Shown here: positions 55,011-64,000 of the stretch, piece by piece
How positions within the stretch are numbered: the first letter of the stretch is position 1
How the letters are laid out: every line of letters starts with the position of its first letter
Assembly: GCA_963693365.1 (NCBI GenBank)
Contig: CAVNZM010000003.1
Span: forward strand, 14,801,143-14,865,142
Direction: 5' to 3'
DNA: 64,000 bases
From: Amoebidium appalachense
Lineage: Eukaryota > Protista > Ichthyosporea
The notes under the pieces: generated by a model
Database searches by the model: none
Told to the model about the DNA's origin: nothing
The model's input: the letters and a program-made list of their open reading frames with translations, nothing else
Made by a program: the position numbers and the translations under genes

Positions 55011-56354
55011 CGTGAAGGTTTCTCAAAAGGCAGGGGAATGCAAGGGATAGTAGAAGGCTTAGATGCGAAAAGAGAACAAATGTTTTGGAGACAGCAAGTC
55101 CACTGGCAGACTGATGGGAAGGTTCGCAGCTCATGAAACGACAGTTAAACTGAAAACGAAACCTATACAGTTGTCCGTGTAAACGTTGGACGTGGTACGG
55201 GCAAGGGGTAAAAGCTGTGCTCGCAAACTATTCCTTTCGTGGTTCTACTAACTCTTGTTTGTGTCTTTCAGCACTGAAAAGGGTAAAAACAAACACAAGT
55301 TGACACTTAGACCATGTACATCTTGAACACTGCCGATGTTAAAAGGCGCCAAGACTCAGCGATGGTGATGAATGGAATGTGAGGCTCCTACCATCGAATC
55401 TATTGTAGGGGTTTATAATTATAATTGTTTTTTACTCTTCAAATTCAAATATAATAATTTATAGACTAAACACTAACCAAGGGTTTGTGTTGGAAATGCA
55501 AGTTATTGGAAAAAAGCGAGTGAAAAAATGGTTTTTTATAAAATTGACGTTAGGTCGTACATTTAGCAAACGAATTTCTCAAATTTGAATTCAAGTACAA
55601 CTAGGCAAATGAAGCCTTGATGGAAACGCATGCAAATATAAAAATATGATATCTCGAAACCCTAAAAATCAAAATTCTGTAACACTGGGCCAGATCTTTA
55701 TGGATCCACGAATCCCGCAGGGTTCTCAGGGAATAAAGAAAAAGTATTGGGCATAAATAAATAGATAAAGAATAAACATAAGACCGTTACTATGCCGGAC
55801 ACAATTATATGGCAAAAGAAAGCGAATCCAGGCACGGAACATCTATAAATTCCGGATAGAAAGCTGCTGGTCCGAGGCAAGGGGAAGGCGATCGATAATT
55901 CGCTGTGAGGCAGGTTGGAATGTAAGTGGAATCTAAGGAATGCACAGATGCCTCCCAACGATAAATTATCATCTCTGCAGATAGCACCCCGTATAAACCA
56001 TAATACTTGCATGCATCATAAAAAAATCTTAGCAAATTTACCCGGCATTTTATTTATTTTTCTATCATTTTAATGAAGTAATATTCGACGTTCAAGTAAT
56101 TGAAAAGCACGCAAAAAATTGCTGGAGTTGTCTGGCAGATCTTATCTCACCGGCAAGCTCGGCAGTGCGTGCTGTGCGGCCCCGAGCACATGTAGGAAAA
56201 GTTTTCACGCACTCAAACAAAAAAAAAAAAAAAACTTCTTTGATCATATTTTTCGTTTCAACAGATCTCAGGCTCTCTGTAGATTTGTTCTAATGTTTCT
56301 GCTTGTATACTGTGCACCTACTTCCGAGATCACCGTGTACACATGGTCCATGGA

Positions 56355-56668
56355 CAGGGGTATTGCGACTTGACTTCAAGTCGCGACTTGAAGTCACCAA
56401 GCACCTGACTTCAACCAAGTCAAGTCAAGCCATGAGGCCGGACATAGGAGTGACTTGGGGGGAGGGGGGCTTAGGGCGGAGAAGCATAGGAGGGTGGGTG
56501 GGAAGGGGTGGCGCAATGCCCGCCCGTGGCCCAGCCGTTTGGAGGATTTACTAAAAATAGTTATCTTCCAAGTCGCGACTTGTAAGTCAAGTAAAGTCAT
56601 CAAATTCAGCAAACAATTATAACTATAAGTCAAGTCAAGTCATTGAGGCTCTGCCGGGCCCGGCCCTG
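56355..56668. mobile_element. hAT-type MITE (314 bp) with AAGTC/GACTT subterminal repeats
   Basis: CAGGG...CCCTG ends; 8-bp flanks TCCATGGA / TTCATGGA (one mismatch); many AAGTC motifs and two CAAGTCGCGACTTG palindromes. Confidence 0.75.
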
Positions 56669-57744
56669 TTCATGGATCTACAGGCGTTAAAACAACACGT
56701 TTTCATTGGTCAAGCTAACCGTTCCAAAAATTGCCTACGTCACTGGCCCACAGCAGTTGATTGGGAACAATGTGCCGCATGTTCGCGAAGACAAACTCAG
56801 GCCGAGGTAAGAAATGTTTGCAACTAGATTGCTGCACGTTTCACCCAGTTGTGTGCAGCAGATTAGATATTGTTTCTTAAAATGCATGAAGAAATAATTA
56901 CGCCCATGGGATCTAAAGGGAAATTCCTCACGCGCGAGTGAAAGATTTATTTTATCTAAAAAATCTAGCGGGAACTCCGAGTGACGTCAGTCACGACTCA
57001 TCCAGGGTGTGAAATTCGTTTTTGGTTGCACTTTTAGTTCCGGCATGGATGGCCCTACATACTAATAGGGCCACCAACCTTTTTTTTTTCTTTTTCTTTC
57101 TTTTTTTTTTTTTTGAGCTTTGGCATTTTAGAATCACTCTTTGAGAAATTGCTGGACCTAACCTAGAGAGTTTTTTTTCTTTTGGCTGGATTTATTCGAC
57201 GGAAAGATAGGCAAGTATGCACGGCATACTGAGAAGACAATAAAAAACTTCAAGGGAGACTTTTCGGGGTTTCCTCAAGATGTTTTTCAGAGGGCCGTGC
57301 TCGTTGTAGTGACGTCACGAGACTCACGACTGGCCTTGTCCGCATAAGGAAATCAGGTTTGCGCAGTTACCTTATAAGGTTATTACTGAGCCTTATTCGG
57401 ACGCAGATCTGAGCCACAAAACAGATTACATTCCAACGATCTAGATTCGAGCGCGGCAAATAGAACTACTCTGGCTCTGCAGCGAGTCTGTCGCGGCGAA
57501 TCCAGGCTGACCTCGCGATCGATCGAGGGGGGAGGCAAAAAAACAAAAAAACAAAGAAAGACTTCGTGAGTCATTACTCATTACCCATCATAAGTTAGGT
57601 TGGACATCTATAATTAAAGAGCTTTTTCCTCCTTCGTGTTTAGCTTGTTAGACTTCCTTTAGTTTGGTTCTTTCTGTCGCCACCTTCCACGGTTTTGTTT
57701 CAAACTGCTGATGGTATTTTGACAGACACGCACAAGTTTTAGCA

Positions 57745-61432
<3,688 letters not shown>

Positions 61433-61614
61433 GTAGCATCCCCCTTCCCCCCTCCCCTTCTCCTGCCCCCTCCACTTAGCCACCCACCCACCCACCCACC
61501 CTCACTCCCCATCCCCTCCTTTGCAGCCAACCTTTTTTCCATCTCAAATACACAAAATGGGCCCTTCGATTTACTAACGTAATACTCCCACTCACCTCTT
61601 TTCAAACCCCCCCC

Positions 61615-61646
<32 letters not shown>

Positions 61647-61988
61647 TTCCCTCCCCCCCCCCCCCCCCCCCCCCCCCCGCCCCACTCACACGCCTGCCCA
61701 TTTTACCACAACCATAAGCACACACTTGAACACATGCATAAAACAAAAAATGAGTCGGTAAAGAGAAAGACAAAGGAAACATGAGAGAGAAAAGATTTTC
61801 ATTTATGCTCTTTGATCCCCTACAATATGTTACGCACTAAACGTGATTGTTCCCCTCAGACAGCACCCCTTCAACCCCACCTATGGAAATCGCTGAAAAT
61901 TGATGAAAGTTTGGGCCAAACCTTCCCGTTTCTTCCGAGGCAAAAGTACCACCCCCTTTTCCCTTCCCTCCATTTCACCACCTCTGCC

Positions 61989-62029
<41 letters not shown>

Positions 62030-62290
62030 CTCCCCTTTCCCTCCTGAGGATGTGATTTGCATTGCAAACTGTGATGTGTTGTCCGTCATGAATGTGTATC
62101 AGTCGTGCCCCGTTATGGGCACTACCCCCCTCCCCTCCCCCCTCCCTCCCCCCCCTTTCCCCTCCCCCCACGGGTCATCATTTCTACATGTGGTGGTGTT
62201 ATTGACCACCGGCAAGCATCAAGTAGAATGAAGAGGTTGGCCGGAAGGGTGGTGGTGGTGGTGGTGGTGGGGGGGGGGGGGGGGGGGGGG

Positions 62291-62329
<39 letters not shown>

Positions 62330-62442
62330 GGGCGGGGAGAAGAGAGAGAGACGGGGTGTGCTTGTGTGAGTGGGTGGTGACTGTGTGTGAATGATTTGTG
62401 AGTATGAGGGACACCACGTTAATTCAATGGGAAGGGGTGGGG

Positions 62443-62479
<37 letters not shown>

Positions 62480-62492
62480 TTTTGTATAGTGA

Positions 62493-62525
<33 letters not shown>

Positions 62526-62861
62526 TTACCTATGTCATGTTGCATGTCGTGGGCACACAGACATATCGAACAACCACACACAGATACATAGAATACTCAC
62601 ACAGACACCACGCCCACAAGATCACAAGCAGACATCCACACGTGCAAAGTTCAGACCCCCCCCCCCCTTTCCCCTGCCGGATGTATTGGCACGGGAGGAG
62701 GAATATTGGGGGAAGAAGGATGTGTGAGAGAGGAGAGGGTGCTCGGGCGAAGGGAGGGGAGGTGGGGGTACTTTTGAGCAGGTAATAAACGGAAAGTTTT
62801 GGCTTCAAGGCACAAAAAAAAAAAGAAAAAACGAGAGCCACGCAAGCACATGTGCACATAC

Positions 62862-62911
<50 letters not shown>

Positions 62912-62953
62912 CATGCAAGCGCACCCACCCACCCACCCACCCACCCACCCACC

Positions 62954-63034
<81 letters not shown>

Positions 63035-63857
63035 ACATTCATACACATACACACACACTCACACAAATATGCTGGACACTCATACGTGCACACCGACACA
63101 TCCTTATCACCCCCCCCCCCCCCCCCCCCCCCCGGCCCTCTTCTCCTCCCCCCTCCCCCAGCCCTCCGCCCTTCCCCCCCCCCCCCCCCTCCCCTCGCAC
63201 ATGGCCCCATACACATACCCACCCTCTCATTGTTCGCCACCGAACCAGAACATGCAATTATGGGTTGGGTCGTTAAGGTGATCAACGTGAATCGGTTGGA
63301 AGGGAGGAAACGGGAGAGAGGTCGGGGGGGCTGTTTGAAAAGGAAACGTCGTAATGTCATGTACAGAGGTTGAAGAATCAATGGCCTAATATATGTAAGA
63401 TATCCTTTAATATCATGGTTAAGTATTCATGAATATATCACTGAATATGTTGCCCATCAATATCATTATAGTATATTCATTAAATCAGTATATGAAATGT
63501 TCATGGCCTAATGCAACCAAGTAACTATTATTTACGGTGTGCACGTACACATATACGTAGCAAAGATTTGCATGCGCATGGTCAACACACACACACGCAC
63601 ACAATTACACACACACATACACACACACACACACACACACTCTCTCTCTCTCTCTCTCCCTCTCTCCCCCTCTCTCTTCTCTGTCTCACGCGCGTTCGCG
63701 TGCGCGCACACACACACACTCACTCACACACACACACACACACACACATACGTGTGAACACACATTCCCACTCACACACACGGGCACACACACACACATT
63801 CACACACACACACACACACACACACGGGCACACACACAATCCCACTCACACACACGG

Positions 63858-63915
<58 letters not shown>

Positions 63916-64000
63916 GTGTGAACACACAATCCCACTCACACACGGGCACACACACACACACACACACAGGCACGTGCAATTACCCAATCACCTGTACCTT

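Noticed and set aside
55691-56142. Segment flanked by CAGATCTT direct repeats (possible TSD)
   Set aside because: No terminal inverted repeats; may be chance.

Overview
Eukaryotic genomic DNA with spliceosomal GT-AG introns that are saturated with (GT/CA)n, (GA/CT)n and poly-G/poly-C tracts; most ORFs in the supplied track are microsatellite translations. Manual splicing recovers a complete 16-exon GNL1 GTPase gene (minus, 8743-24730), an 8-exon four-TM protein resembling the myelin proteolipid/M6 family (plus, 32746-41330) followed by a second copy of its last five exons (45551-49842), and the 5' part of an unknown acidic protein gene (57745 onward). There are three intronless genes: FYVE + START-like + tail anchor, a small secreted Cys-motif protein, and a WBP2-like PH-GRAM protein. 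A microsatellite-poor island at 27-32 kb holds a 636-bp foldback, a decayed pogo-type transposon (TIRs, TA target duplication) and a MITE; two hAT-type MITEs lie elsewhere. The most unusual signals concern intron architecture: (1) a structured intronic repeat always in the sense orientation of its host gene and ending in a branch-point-like motif plus poly-C; (2) acceptors built on (CA)n rather than U-rich tracts, with a G/GT-then-C/CA polarity; (3) 'shadow' copies of exon ends inside downstream introns that differ from the exon mostly at synonymous sites. All calls are by eye with no database search, and the taxon cannot be determined.
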